DNA from: an uncultured Muribaculaceae bacterium
GTDB lineage: Bacteria > Bacteroidota > Bacteroidia > Bacteroidales > UBA932
NCBI GenBank assembly: GCA_964351405.1
Contig: CAYGOE010000002.1
Span: 7,925-71,924 of the forward strand
Length of the DNA: 64,000 nt
Direction of reading: 5' to 3'
Shown here: one piece after another, positions 42,565 to 51,923 of the stretch
How the letters are laid out: each line of letters begins with the position of its first letter
Numbering within the stretch: position 1 is the first letter of the stretch
The notes under the pieces: model-generated
What the model saw: the letters and a program-made list of their open reading frames with translations, nothing else
What the model was told of the DNA's origin: nothing
The model's database searches: none
Position numbers and translations under genes: made by a program

Positions 42565-43653
42565 GATCTTTGTCCACCAATTTTGAGACTGCTATTGTTT
42601 ATAAAAAGCGTTAACACAAAACCTACAGCAAGTAGCAGGGAGCCTATTGAAAATGCATAATTAGCTGCGTTTTGGGGGAAGTTGTCCTTCATAAAACCGA
42701 CTATCTGCGGGCCAACCACTCCACCGGTCGACCAGGCTGTGAGAATGGTTCCATAGACGACGGGCATCAGCCTCTCAGAAAAAACCTCTCGTTTGTAGGC
42801 CGGAATAGTTCCGAACCCCCTCCGTAACAGAGCAAAACATAGCACACAAGCAGTGCAAACTCCCGATCTGTAGCGGCTCCACAGATCCTGCATCATTGGA
42901 GACTGGAAGCTAATAAACATTATACCCGCAGTAATATTGACAAAGAAGACCACCCAAATCATTGCGAACTTGGATGTAAAAACTGCCTGTTTTGCGGTGA
43001 TCTTCACGGATCTGTTATTATCTTACAGATGTTTTAAAAGCAGGTGTATAGCCATTAGGCAAATAGCCGGACGAGGGTTGTTTTATAAAGAGGCCAGCGA
43101 AAAATCCAACTATCAGAATAGTTACACCAATCATAAAGAAAGAGAAGACAAGGTTACCATCTGCAATCTTCAAACCCTCAGGGGCGATAATCTTTGACAT
43201 TACCAGAGCTCCAAAGCCAAACCCCATAACCACCATTCCGGTAACAAAACCCTGTTTTTCGGGAAACCACTTCGAGGCAGAGTTAACCGGAGTAACATAG
43301 CTCATTCCGATTCCCCATCCACCAACAACTCCAAAACCGAGAATCAAGAGTGGAAGGCTCTGTAGACGAAGGGCCAAACTGGCTAGCATATAACCTAAGC
43401 CATACATTATTGCTCCAATTACAGCTAGTTTAGTGGGTCCATATTTAGGGAGATTTATCCCGCTCCAGGCAGCTGAGAGTCCCAGATGAATGTTTGTATT
43501 GAAGACCCAGGCCACACCCGAATTTGTTCATCCGAAAGTGTCAACGATTGGTTTCTGAAAGAAGCTCCAAGAATATACAGTTCCGAGAACAATCATCAAA
43601 ATTGATCCCATCAGAGCCACCAACCACCTGCCTTCTTCTCTAGTTTCGCCCAT
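42561..43653 (-). pseudogene. OFA-family MFS transporter pseudogene
   Basis: GTVYSWSFFQKP, KWFPEKQGFVTGMVVMGFGFG, YG.ILTAWS..GVVGP; in-frame TGA at 43528-43530, stops/frameshift near 43010-43020, C-terminal half shortened. Confidence 0.85.
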
Positions 43654-43738
43654 TATTTATAAATTTTCATCTTAATTTAACCTCAAGTGTAAGTTTAATT
43701 TAATTATTAAAATTATTATATTTGATAAAACTAACCTA

Positions 43739-44314
43739 ATGAAAAACTTCATCATTTTCGGCCCTCCTGGAGCGGGTAAGGGTAGTCAGGCAGTAATCCT
43801 GTCAAAAAAATATAACCTTAAACACATCTCAACAGGTGATATTCTAAGGGAGGAGATTAAAAACGGGACAAAACTCGGTCTTAAGGTTAAGTCGCTAATG
43901 GACCAAGGTGCTCTTGTTAGTGACGACATAATCCTTGAAATCATTAAAAATATAATCCTTAATTCAAAAGGTTACTCAGGATTCCTCTATGACGGATTTC
44001 CGAGGACAATTTATCAGTTCCAAGTTTTAGATGAATTTCTTCAAAAGAATGGTTATAAGATAGATGCTGTTATTTCATTGGTAGTAAAGGAGGAGGTCCT
44101 CATTAAAAGGATGCTTCGAAGAGCACAGATTGAGAGAAGAGCAGATGATGCAGATATTGAAGTAGTTAAAAAGAGAATAGTTACATACCGCGAACTGACA
44201 GAGCCTCTTGTAGATATCTTTGAAAAACGGGGCAACTTCTACCCTTTGGAGGGTGATACAACTATCGAACATAGCTTCTATGAAATCTGCGCGATAATTG
44301 ATACTCTTTATTAA
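43739..44314 (+). CDS. adk: Adenylate kinase (short LID)
   Basis: GPPGAGKGSQ, HISTGD.LR, DGFPRT, R.DD. Confidence 0.92.
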   Translation: MKNFIIFGPPGAGKGSQAVILSKKYNLKHISTGDILREEIKNGTKLGLKVKSLMDQGALVSDDIILEIIKNIILNSKGYSGFLYDGFPRTIYQFQVLDEFLQKNGYKIDAVISLVVKEEVLIKRMLRRAQIERRADDADIEVVKKRIVTYRELTEPLVDIFEKRGNFYPLEGDTTIEHSFYEICAIIDTLY

Positions 44315-44403
44315 TTAAATAGCCTTTCTAAGGTTTTACTTTCTCATATTAATTGCTTAAATTTATATCAATATTTTATGGGGAAATATTTAACCGTTAG
44401 TTT

Positions 44404-47400
44404 ATGAGGCCGAGTAATCTGAATCCGGAGAACACCCGAGATAGTCTTGCGTTTTTATCAGGCACCGCAGTAAAGTTTACCTCTTCCGATGTTGGCAGTT
44501 CAATTTATCAAATAATAGCGGAGTCTCTCCAAGAGTTGAATCCAAATGCAATAATAGTTGTAAACTCAGTTGACAAAGAGCAGGAGATTAGCCGGACCGA
44601 AGCGTTTATTTCATCTCCAAATTTACTGGAGAACATTATTTCCATACTTGGATTCAAGCCGGTGGGTAAAGTATACAAAATTGACTCATCTATTCTGGAG
44701 CTCAAATCGGGCTACATTAAAAAATTTGAAAAGGGTTTGCACGAACTCTCTTTTAGAACCATTCCAAAGATAATCTCCAAGTCTCTTGAACGACTCGTAA
44801 ATCTAGGTGAGATATACGGTATTGCATTTATGGTTGAAGAGAAGATGTATGCAAACGCCGCATTGATTTTTAAAAAAGGTGATACACTTGCCCACCGAGA
44901 GACAATTGAGACATTTGTCAAACAGGCATCAGTAACCCTTAAAAGAATAGAGGCAGAGAGAAGCGAGGAGAAGTTCCGATCACTATTTGAGCATATGACC
45001 CAGGGAGCTTTTAATCTGCGTTCTGATGGAAAGATGACCGATGTCAATAACGCTGCCCTTGAGCTCCTTGGAGTGGACAAAGTAGATTTTATGAGTAGGA
45101 AAAACAGTGTGGAGGATTGGGATTTAATTGACGAAAACCACAAATCAATTCCTACAAAAGAGTTTCCGGCAACTGTTGCATTAATGAAAGGAGAACCTGT
45201 TTACGAGAAGATTATCGGGGTGTTTAATCCTGTAAAAAAGGATTATGTGTGGCTACTTATAAATGCAATCCCTCAATTCACAACAGGGGAGAGAGCACCA
45301 ACATCGGTTTTTGTAACTTTTCAGGATATTACCACAATAAGGAGATCTGTTCACAGGGTAATGGATTCCGAGGCAAACGCTAGAGCAATTATGGAGTCTA
45401 CCGATGATGGTATTATCCTGCTTGACGCAGATGGAGTGGTTATCGACTGCAATGAAGCTCACGCAAATAGACTGAACATTGAGAGGGAGAATTTAATCGG
45501 AAAGAATATTTTTGATTTGCTCCCTCAGGATGAAGGAAGAATGAGAAAAGAGGCTATTAAAGAGGTAATTCAAAACGGCAAACCTGTTTGTGGAGAGGAT
45601 TTCAGAGCAGGATACTGGAATGAGTACTCAATTCACCCAATAATTTCTCATAGGAGTAAAGTTGAGAGTGTCGCTATCTTCTCCAAAGATATCACTGCGA
45701 GAAAAATGGCAGAGGAGAATATCAGAAACAATTACTCACTACTGAGAATTGCGGGAGAGACAGCTAAATTTGGAGGTTGGATAGTTGATCTTGACAATAA
45801 TATTGTGGTTTGGTCAGATGTCGTCGCAAAAATTCACGATATTGAACCCGGCTTCTCTCCTTCAATAGAAGAGGGGTTAAGTTTTTATGCTCCTGAATGG
45901 CAAGAGAAGATAAAGGAGGTCTTTTCCCGTTGTGTCACAAATGGTACACCCTATGACGAAGAGATGGAGATAATTACAAAAAAGGGGAAGAGGGTGTGGG
46001 TCAGAACCACCGGAGAGGCAGTTAGGGATTATAACGGGAAGATAGTAAAGATACACGGAGCTTTTCAGGACATCAGCGAGTACAAAAAGATATCGGATGC
46101 ACTCATTACCTACGAACGGCAATTTAAGAGCTCTATAGATAGTCTTCTGGATGCGTTTGGAATGTATACGGCAATCAGGGATAATAACAATCAGATAGTT
46201 GATTTTAGAATAGATTATGTAAATCCAAAGGCCTGTGATCTCAATAAAATGAGCAAAGAGGAGCAGATTGGCAAAGGGTTATGCGAAATTCTTCCCTCTC
46301 ACCGTTCATCTGGTCTGTTCAATGAGTATATAGATTTAGTGGAAAAAGGCAATGTTATAGAAAAAGAGGCTGTTACGTATCAGGACACATACGATGGGGA
46401 GGTTACAAAAAGAACTTTTGAGATAAAAGCATCAAAATTCTCGGATGGGTTTATTGCAACCTGGCGGGACATCTCTGTTAGAAAACAGACCGAGGAGAAG
46501 CTCCTTGAGAGCGAACGGGAGAAGGCCTCGTTAATTGATAATCTACCGGGTTTTGTCTATAAATGCGCTTTTGATTCTAACTGGACAATGTTTTACATAA
46601 GTGAAGAGTGTTATAAGATAACAGGATACCGTCCGGAGGATTTTATCTTTAATAATAAAATATCCTACAACGAAATCATTCATACCAATTTCAGGGAGTC
46701 TGTATGGAATAAGTTGCAGAATGTAATATCTTCGGGAACACCCTTTAGAGAGGAGTACCAAATAGTAACTGCAGATAATCATATAAGATGGGTGTGGGAG
46801 CAGGGTCGAGGTGTCTATTCTAAAGAGGGATTGCTTACTCATCTTGAAGGATTTATAACAGACATAACTGAGAGAAAAGAGATGGAGGAGGCCCTCAAGG
46901 AGAGCGAGGCGAGGCTTGTTGAGCTAAATGCAACTAAAGATAAGTTTTTCTCAATTATTGCACACGACCTCAAGAGCCCCTTTAATAGTATTATTGGCAT
47001 TGGAGAGCTTCTTATAGAGCAGATTAAGAAAAAAGAACTAGAAGATATTGAAGAGTATGCCGCCATTATGAAGGACTCTTCTCATAAAGCTATGAACCTG
47101 CTAACGAATCTGCTTGAGTGGTCCCGTTCACAAACAGGCAGGATAGATTTCATCCCTGAGTTTTTACGTCTCTCGCAACTTACAGATGAGGTGGTTGACA
47201 TCTTACATTTTACAGCAAACCAAAAATCCATTACAATCAACTCGCAAATTTCAAAGAGCGCTGTCTGCTACGCAGATAAAGCGATGATTGGTTCTGTTCT
47301 GCGCAATCTTGTCTCCAACGCAATTAAATTCACCTGCAAAGGTGGAGAGATTGTTATTTCGGCAAAGATGACTGAGGATAAATATATTGTTACTGTATCT

Positions 47401-47616
47401 GATAACGGAATGGGAATGTCAAAAGCAGAAGTAGAGAATCTATTTAGAATTGACAAATTATACTCTACCCGAGGGACCGACAACGAGGGGGGAACCGGCT
47501 TAGGTCTAATTCTTTGTAAAGAGTTTGTTACCCGTCACGGCTGTGAAATATGGGCAGAAAGTAAAAAGAGCGAGGGGAGCCGTTTCTCATTTACCCTGTC
47601 AAGGGATTCTCGGTAA
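44404..47616 (+). CDS. Cytoplasmic multi-PAS sensor histidine kinase
   Basis: About five PAS/PAC repeats (DIT/DIS.RK ends), HisKA IAHDLKSP, HATPase NAIKF, DNG.G, GTGLGL; no TM, no receiver domain. Confidence 0.92.
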   Translation: MRPSNLNPENTRDSLAFLSGTAVKFTSSDVGSSIYQIIAESLQELNPNAIIVVNSVDKEQEISRTEAFISSPNLLENIISILGFKPVGKVYKIDSSILELKSGYIKKFEKGLHELSFRTIPKIISKSLERLVNLGEIYGIAFMVEEKMYANAALIFKKGDTLAHRETIETFVKQASVTLKRIEAERSEEKFRSLFEHMTQGAFNLRSDGKMTDVNNAALELLGVDKVDFMSRKNSVEDWDLIDENHKSIPTKEFPATVALMKGEPVYEKIIGVFNPVKKDYVWLLINAIPQFTTGERAPTSVFVTFQDITTIRRSVHRVMDSEANARAIMESTDDGIILLDADGVVIDCNEAHANRLNIERENLIGKNIFDLLPQDEGRMRKEAIKEVIQNGKPVCGEDFRAGYWNEYSIHPIISHRSKVESVAIFSKDITARKMAEENIRNNYSLLRIAGETAKFGGWIVDLDNNIVVWSDVVAKIHDIEPGFSPSIEEGLSFYAPEWQEKIKEVFSRCVTNGTPYDEEMEIITKKGKRVWVRTTGEAVRDYNGKIVKIHGAFQDISEYKKISDALITYERQFKSSIDSLLDAFGMYTAIRDNNNQIVDFRIDYVNPKACDLNKMSKEEQIGKGLCEILPSHRSSGLFNEYIDLVEKGNVIEKEAVTYQDTYDGEVTKRTFEIKASKFSDGFIATWRDISVRKQTEEKLLESEREKASLIDNLPGFVYKCAFDSNWTMFYISEECYKITGYRPEDFIFNNKISYNEIIHTNFRESVWNKLQNVISSGTPFREEYQIVTADNHIRWVWEQGRGVYSKEGLLTHLEGFITDITERKEMEEALKESEARLVELNATKDKFFSIIAHDLKSPFNSIIGIGELLIEQIKKKELEDIEEYAAIMKDSSHKAMNLLTNLLEWSRSQTGRIDFIPEFLRLSQLTDEVVDILHFTANQKSITINSQISKSAVCYADKAMIGSVLRNLVSNAIKFTCKGGEIVISAKMTEDKYIVTVSDNGMGMSKAEVENLFRIDKLYSTRGTDNEGGTGLGLILCKEFVTRHGCEIWAESKKSEGSRFSFTLSRDSR

Positions 47617-47845
47617 ATAATAGAGCTGTAGGTAGGGTATATGTTTTTTTCTTATATTTACACTTGTAAATTTCGAACTACACATTTTGTATTAGAAATA
47701 GTCTGCTCTCAAAAGGAGAGTTATGTTTGAATTGATTTAAACCTTGAAAGCCTTCATCTGCAAACTTCTCAAAAGGGAGTTTGTTGTAATCTAAAGACCC
47801 TTAAGTGGGTTTCTCAAAATTACTATCCACCAAAATTTCTTTTGG

Positions 47846-48337
47846 ATGAAACCAATCATTGAGCTCATTAAAGAGCTTGCAGACAAGCACGGTCGCAACA
47901 GGCACAGCCTGCTTCCGATTCTACAAGGTGTCGTTGAACAGGAGAGGTATCTCTCCGAATATTCAATGATAGAGATAGCCAGGGAGCTGGATATCCCTGC
48001 GACTGAAGTCTATGGAACCGCAACCTTCTATACTTTTCTGGACTACAAAAAGATGGGGAAAAACATCATTCGTGTATGTAAAACCATCACCTGTTCTATG
48101 AAAGGAGAAAAGCAGATTCTGCTTGCCATAGAAGATATGTTAAAGATTAAAATCGGGGAGACAACCCAGGACGGGCTCTTCTCCTTACTTCAGACCAACT
48201 GTCTGGGGCTTTGCCACAAAGCACCTGCAATGCTCATCAACAACGAGGTCTACACAGATCTTACTCCTGAGAAGATTCGTGAAATTCTTACTATGTATAT
48301 GAACAGAAAAGATGAGGGAGAGAACAATGTCAACTAA
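47846..48337 (+). CDS. [FeFe]-hydrogenase gamma subunit (HydC/NuoE-like, 2Fe-2S)
   Basis: ATFY, CKTITC...CLGLC..AP. Confidence 0.92.
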   Translation: MKPIIELIKELADKHGRNRHSLLPILQGVVEQERYLSEYSMIEIARELDIPATEVYGTATFYTFLDYKKMGKNIIRVCKTITCSMKGEKQILLAIEDMLKIKIGETTQDGLFSLLQTNCLGLCHKAPAMLINNEVYTDLTPEKIREILTMYMNRKDEGENNVN

Positions 48338-49511
48338 TTATCAACTAAAACGGGCCGACTTCATTTTCAAAAATGAGAATGATTGGGAAGAGGTGCTGAG
48401 CAAAAGTATCAGCCGTCCACCACAAGAGCTGATAAATGAGTTGATCAGCTCCGAACTTAAAGGTAGAGGGGGAGCAGGATTTCCTACGGGACTAAAATGG
48501 AAAGTCTCGTCCGAGATGAAGAGTGATGTTAAATATGTGATCTGCAATGCTGACGAAGGTGAACCCGGCACCTTCAAAGACAGGGAAATTTTGTCTATGG
48601 TACCTTTTAAAGTTTTGACAGCAATTGCGATATGCGGGTATGTTATCGGTGCTAAAGAGGGTTTCATATACCTTCGAGGGGAGTATAACTTCCTTAAGCC
48701 CGAGCTTTTAAAAGCAATTAATGAATTTGAGTATTACTGTAAAGAGATTAAGTTAGATTTCTCAATAAAGATATTTATGGGAAGCGGCGCTTATATCTGC
48801 GGGGAGGAGACTGCACTTTTCGAATCTATGGAGGGTAAGAGAGGCGAACCGAGGAACAAACCACCCTACCCTACTTATTCCGGATATATGGGTAAGCCAA
48901 CAGTCATCAATAATGTGGAGACTCTTGCACACACCTATACAATATTCAAGTACGGCTCCAAAAGATTTTACGACCTGGGGGTTCAGTACTCGAGAGGTTC
49001 CAAACTCTTTTCGGTTTCAGGAGACACACCTAAACCCGGAATTTACGAACTGGAGCTGGGTATGAGTCTTGCTGACTTCGTGGAGGAGTTCGGTGACGAT
49101 GATACAAAGGCCGTTCAAGTTGGCGGAGCATCGGGATTTCTTGTACCAAGAAAGAGGTTTTCTGAGACCAATATCGGCTTTCAAGGCAAACTGGTTGGAA
49201 TTTCACTCCCTACCGGGGGCTCAATGATGCTTTTCAACAGTTCAAGATCTATGTACAATGTACTGGACAACTATCTTAACTTCTTTGCCGAAGAGTCTTG
49301 CGGGCAGTGTACACCTTGCCGTGTTGGTTGCCAACAGCTCCTAAGGGGTATAAAAGCCGTTAAAAGGGGTGAGAAGAATGCTCAGTATCTGGATAAAATG
49401 CTAAAACTTGCCGAGACAATGCAGGTCACTGCTAAATGTGGTCTGGGTCAATCGGTAGGTAATTCGTTTTCATCTATTGTTGAGAACTTCAGAGAGGAGA
49501 TGATTTACTAA
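48327..49511 (+). CDS. [FeFe]-hydrogenase beta subunit (short HydB/NuoF-like, FMN/NADH)
   Basis: GRGGAGFPTG, NADEGEPGTFKDR, YICGEETAL, ESCGQCTPCR..C; lacks accessory Fe-S domains. Confidence 0.92.
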   Translation: MSTNYQLKRADFIFKNENDWEEVLSKSISRPPQELINELISSELKGRGGAGFPTGLKWKVSSEMKSDVKYVICNADEGEPGTFKDREILSMVPFKVLTAIAICGYVIGAKEGFIYLRGEYNFLKPELLKAINEFEYYCKEIKLDFSIKIFMGSGAYICGEETALFESMEGKRGEPRNKPPYPTYSGYMGKPTVINNVETLAHTYTIFKYGSKRFYDLGVQYSRGSKLFSVSGDTPKPGIYELELGMSLADFVEEFGDDDTKAVQVGGASGFLVPRKRFSETNIGFQGKLVGISLPTGGSMMLFNSSRSMYNVLDNYLNFFAEESCGQCTPCRVGCQQLLRGIKAVKRGEKNAQYLDKMLKLAETMQVTAKCGLGQSVGNSFSSIVENFREEMIY

Positions 49512-49530
49512 TGCCAAAAAATTTATTTTT

Positions 49531-51321
49531 ATGGGAAAAAATCTGAAAATAACTATAAACGGAGCAACCGTAGAGGTTGAGAAAGGTGCCTCCATTCTTG
49601 AAGCAGCCCGCCAGGCAGGAGTAATCATACCCACTCTTTGTTACCACAAAGATCTTTGTGTTTCGGGAAACTGCAGGGTTTGTGTTGTGGAGTTGGTTGG
49701 TCAAAAAAGGCTCTCTCCTGCTTGCGCTACCCCTTGCGAAGAGGGTATGGAGGTGCTTACCAACTCTCTAAAAGTGAGAAACTCCAGAAAACACATAATT
49801 GAGTTGCTCCTCTCTGAGCACAATGCAGACTGTACCAGCTGTTACAAGAATGGCAAGTGTGAGCTTCAAAGTCTGGCATCGGAGTATAAGATTATGAATC
49901 AGGATTTCATCAATCTTATACCTTACCACAACTACACAATTGATATGTTCTCTCCGTCCATCATTAAGGACGACAGCAAATGTATCCGTTGCCAGAGATG
50001 CGTCCGTACCTGTGCAGAACTTCAGGGGGTAAATGCTCTCACAATGTCTTATAAAGGTGAGCACGCCCAAATAACCACCTTCTTTGAGAAAGCAATGAAC
50101 GATGTGGTTTGTACAAACTGCGGTCAGTGTATTAACCACTGCCCGACAGGGGCTCTGGTTGAGAAAAATTATATAGAGGAGGTTTGGAGTGCAATTGCAG
50201 ATAAAACAAAACACGTGGTTGTTCAGACTGCTCCTTCTGTTCGCGTTGGATTGGGCGAAGAGCTTGGTTTTGACCCTGGTGTAAGGGTTACAGGAAAGAT
50301 GGTTTCTGCGCTTAAACGACTTGGTTTTGACGCAGTAATGGATACCGATTTCACTGCAGACCTTACCATTATGGAGGAGGGTACAGAGCTTCTTACCCGA
50401 CTTAAAAAGGCTTTGGTAGACAAAGATCCCAATATTAAGCTCCCAATGACCACCTCTTGCTCTCCCGGCTGGATTAAGTTTATAGAGCATATGTACCCTG
50501 AGTATTTGGGCAACCTATCCAGCTGCAAATCACCACAGCAGATGTTTGGAGCTCTGGTAAAGACATACTATGCAAAAGCTCGTAATCTGAATCCTGCAAA
50601 CATAATCTCGGTATCTATAATGCCTTGTACCGCCAAGAAATTTGAGGCTAACCGTCCTGAGATGCACGACAGCGGTTATAGGGATGTAGACTTTGTTCTT
50701 ACTACCCGGGAACTCGCTATTATGATTAAACAGGCCGGTATAGATTTCCTTAAGCTTGAAGACTCACACTACGACAGGCTGATGGGAGAGTCGACCGGAG
50801 CAGGTGTTATCTTCGGTGCTACCGGAGGGGTAATGGAGGCAGCATTGAGAACTGCATACGAACTGGTTACAGGACGTGAAGTTCCGTTTGAGAACCTTAA
50901 CATCAACCCTGTCCGCGGTATAGAAGGCATTAGAGAGGCCTCCATTAAGATAGAAAATACACTCAAAGAGTGGAGTTTCCTTGAAGGGGTAGAGCTTAAA
51001 TGTGCCATCGCTCACGGTCTTGCAAATGCTAAAATAGTAATGGATGGGATAAAGAGCGGGAAGGCGAATTATCACTTCATTGAGTTTATGGCTTGTCCCG
51101 GCGGATGTCTCGGTGGTGGAGGACAACCAATTCCAACCAGTCCTGAGATTCGCGCAAAACGTTCAAAAGCCATCTACGCAGAAGATGCAGGAATGCCTTT
51201 GAGGAAATCTCACCTGAACCCGGAAATTGTTAAGATTTACAAAGACTTCCTTGTAGCACCTTGCGGAGAGATGTCACATAAACTGCTTCATACCAAATAC
51301 ACGCCACGCAAACGACGGTAA
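49531..51321 (+). CDS. Group A [FeFe]-hydrogenase catalytic subunit HydA (copy 1)
   Basis: H-cluster motifs TSCSPGW, MPCTAKKFE, EFMACPGGC.GGGGQP; N-terminal 2Fe-2S, His-4Fe-4S and 2x4Fe-4S. Confidence 0.96.
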   Translation: MGKNLKITINGATVEVEKGASILEAARQAGVIIPTLCYHKDLCVSGNCRVCVVELVGQKRLSPACATPCEEGMEVLTNSLKVRNSRKHIIELLLSEHNADCTSCYKNGKCELQSLASEYKIMNQDFINLIPYHNYTIDMFSPSIIKDDSKCIRCQRCVRTCAELQGVNALTMSYKGEHAQITTFFEKAMNDVVCTNCGQCINHCPTGALVEKNYIEEVWSAIADKTKHVVVQTAPSVRVGLGEELGFDPGVRVTGKMVSALKRLGFDAVMDTDFTADLTIMEEGTELLTRLKKALVDKDPNIKLPMTTSCSPGWIKFIEHMYPEYLGNLSSCKSPQQMFGALVKTYYAKARNLNPANIISVSIMPCTAKKFEANRPEMHDSGYRDVDFVLTTRELAIMIKQAGIDFLKLEDSHYDRLMGESTGAGVIFGATGGVMEAALRTAYELVTGREVPFENLNINPVRGIEGIREASIKIENTLKEWSFLEGVELKCAIAHGLANAKIVMDGIKSGKANYHFIEFMACPGGCLGGGGQPIPTSPEIRAKRSKAIYAEDAGMPLRKSHLNPEIVKIYKDFLVAPCGEMSHKLLHTKYTPRKRR

Positions 51322-51349
51322 CCTTGCCAAGGATTGCGTTATGTAAATG

Positions 51350-51387
51350 AAAATCGCAGTTTCCTAAGTTTTGGAAACTGCGATTTT
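51350..51387. terminator. Bidirectional intrinsic terminator
   Basis: Perfect 15-bp inverted repeat AAAATCGCAGTTTCC/GGAAACTGCGATTTT between convergent genes. Confidence 0.85.
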
Positions 51388-51395
51388 TAGTTTTG

Positions 51396-51764
51396 CTAAA
51401 ACAGGGTTTTGCAATCTTTACACTTAAATCTTGATTTGATATTCCCGACTGGGCTAAATGAGAGCACAGCAATCAATATAAGAAACATCTTTTTAATCTT
51501 GTTGTTACCAATACCTAATTGAACATTTTTTGATGCGCAGTTTGGGCAGATAATCTCAGTAGCTGTTTCGTCTGAGATTATAGCTTTTGCCCTATCCATA
51601 TCCTTCTCATTGATCATTACGTCTATACCCCCCGGCATAAAAGGGTATAGAGTGCTAAAATTTTCGTTTGTGATAAAACACTCAATATCTTCACTTTCAA
51701 GTTTGCTTTTGATGATATTGGCATCGAAAGCTGTATTACAGGATATAAGTCTTACTATTTCCAT
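51396..51764 (-). CDS. DUF2007 (PII-like) protein with zinc ribbon and TM segment
   Basis: A.IIKSKLESE.I.CF..NEN, CPNC.S ... C..C. Confidence 0.75.
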   Translation of the reverse strand: MEIVRLISCNTAFDANIIKSKLESEDIECFITNENFSTLYPFMPGGIDVMINEKDMDRAKAIISDETATEIICPNCASKNVQLGIGNNKIKKMFLILIAVLSFSPVGNIKSRFKCKDCKTLF

Positions 51765-51864
51765 AGCCTTGGATTTGTTAGTTTGCAATTAAAATCGGGA
51801 TTGATATGAATTCAGCTCAAAATTAATAAGATAATAACAAATATCCAATTAAATTAAAAGAGAA

Positions 51865-51900
51865 AAGAGGGTGAACCAAGTTTTTATGGATCACCCTCTT
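51865..51900 (-). terminator. Terminator of the minus-strand hydrogenase operon
   Basis: AAGAGGGTGA...TCACCCTCTT stem followed by a U-rich tract on the minus strand. Confidence 0.75.
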
Positions 51901-51923
51901 AAATCTAAACAGTGGCTACGCTG

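Noticed and set aside
43528-43530. In-frame TGA (and TAG at 22142) as selenocysteine, readthrough or an alternative genetic code
   Set aside because: Both lie in genes with additional frameshifts and deletions, and TGA/TAG terminate many intact genes here.
47846-49511. Respiratory complex I nuoEF genes
   Set aside because: They are followed by H-cluster-containing HydA, and no membrane nuo subunits are present.
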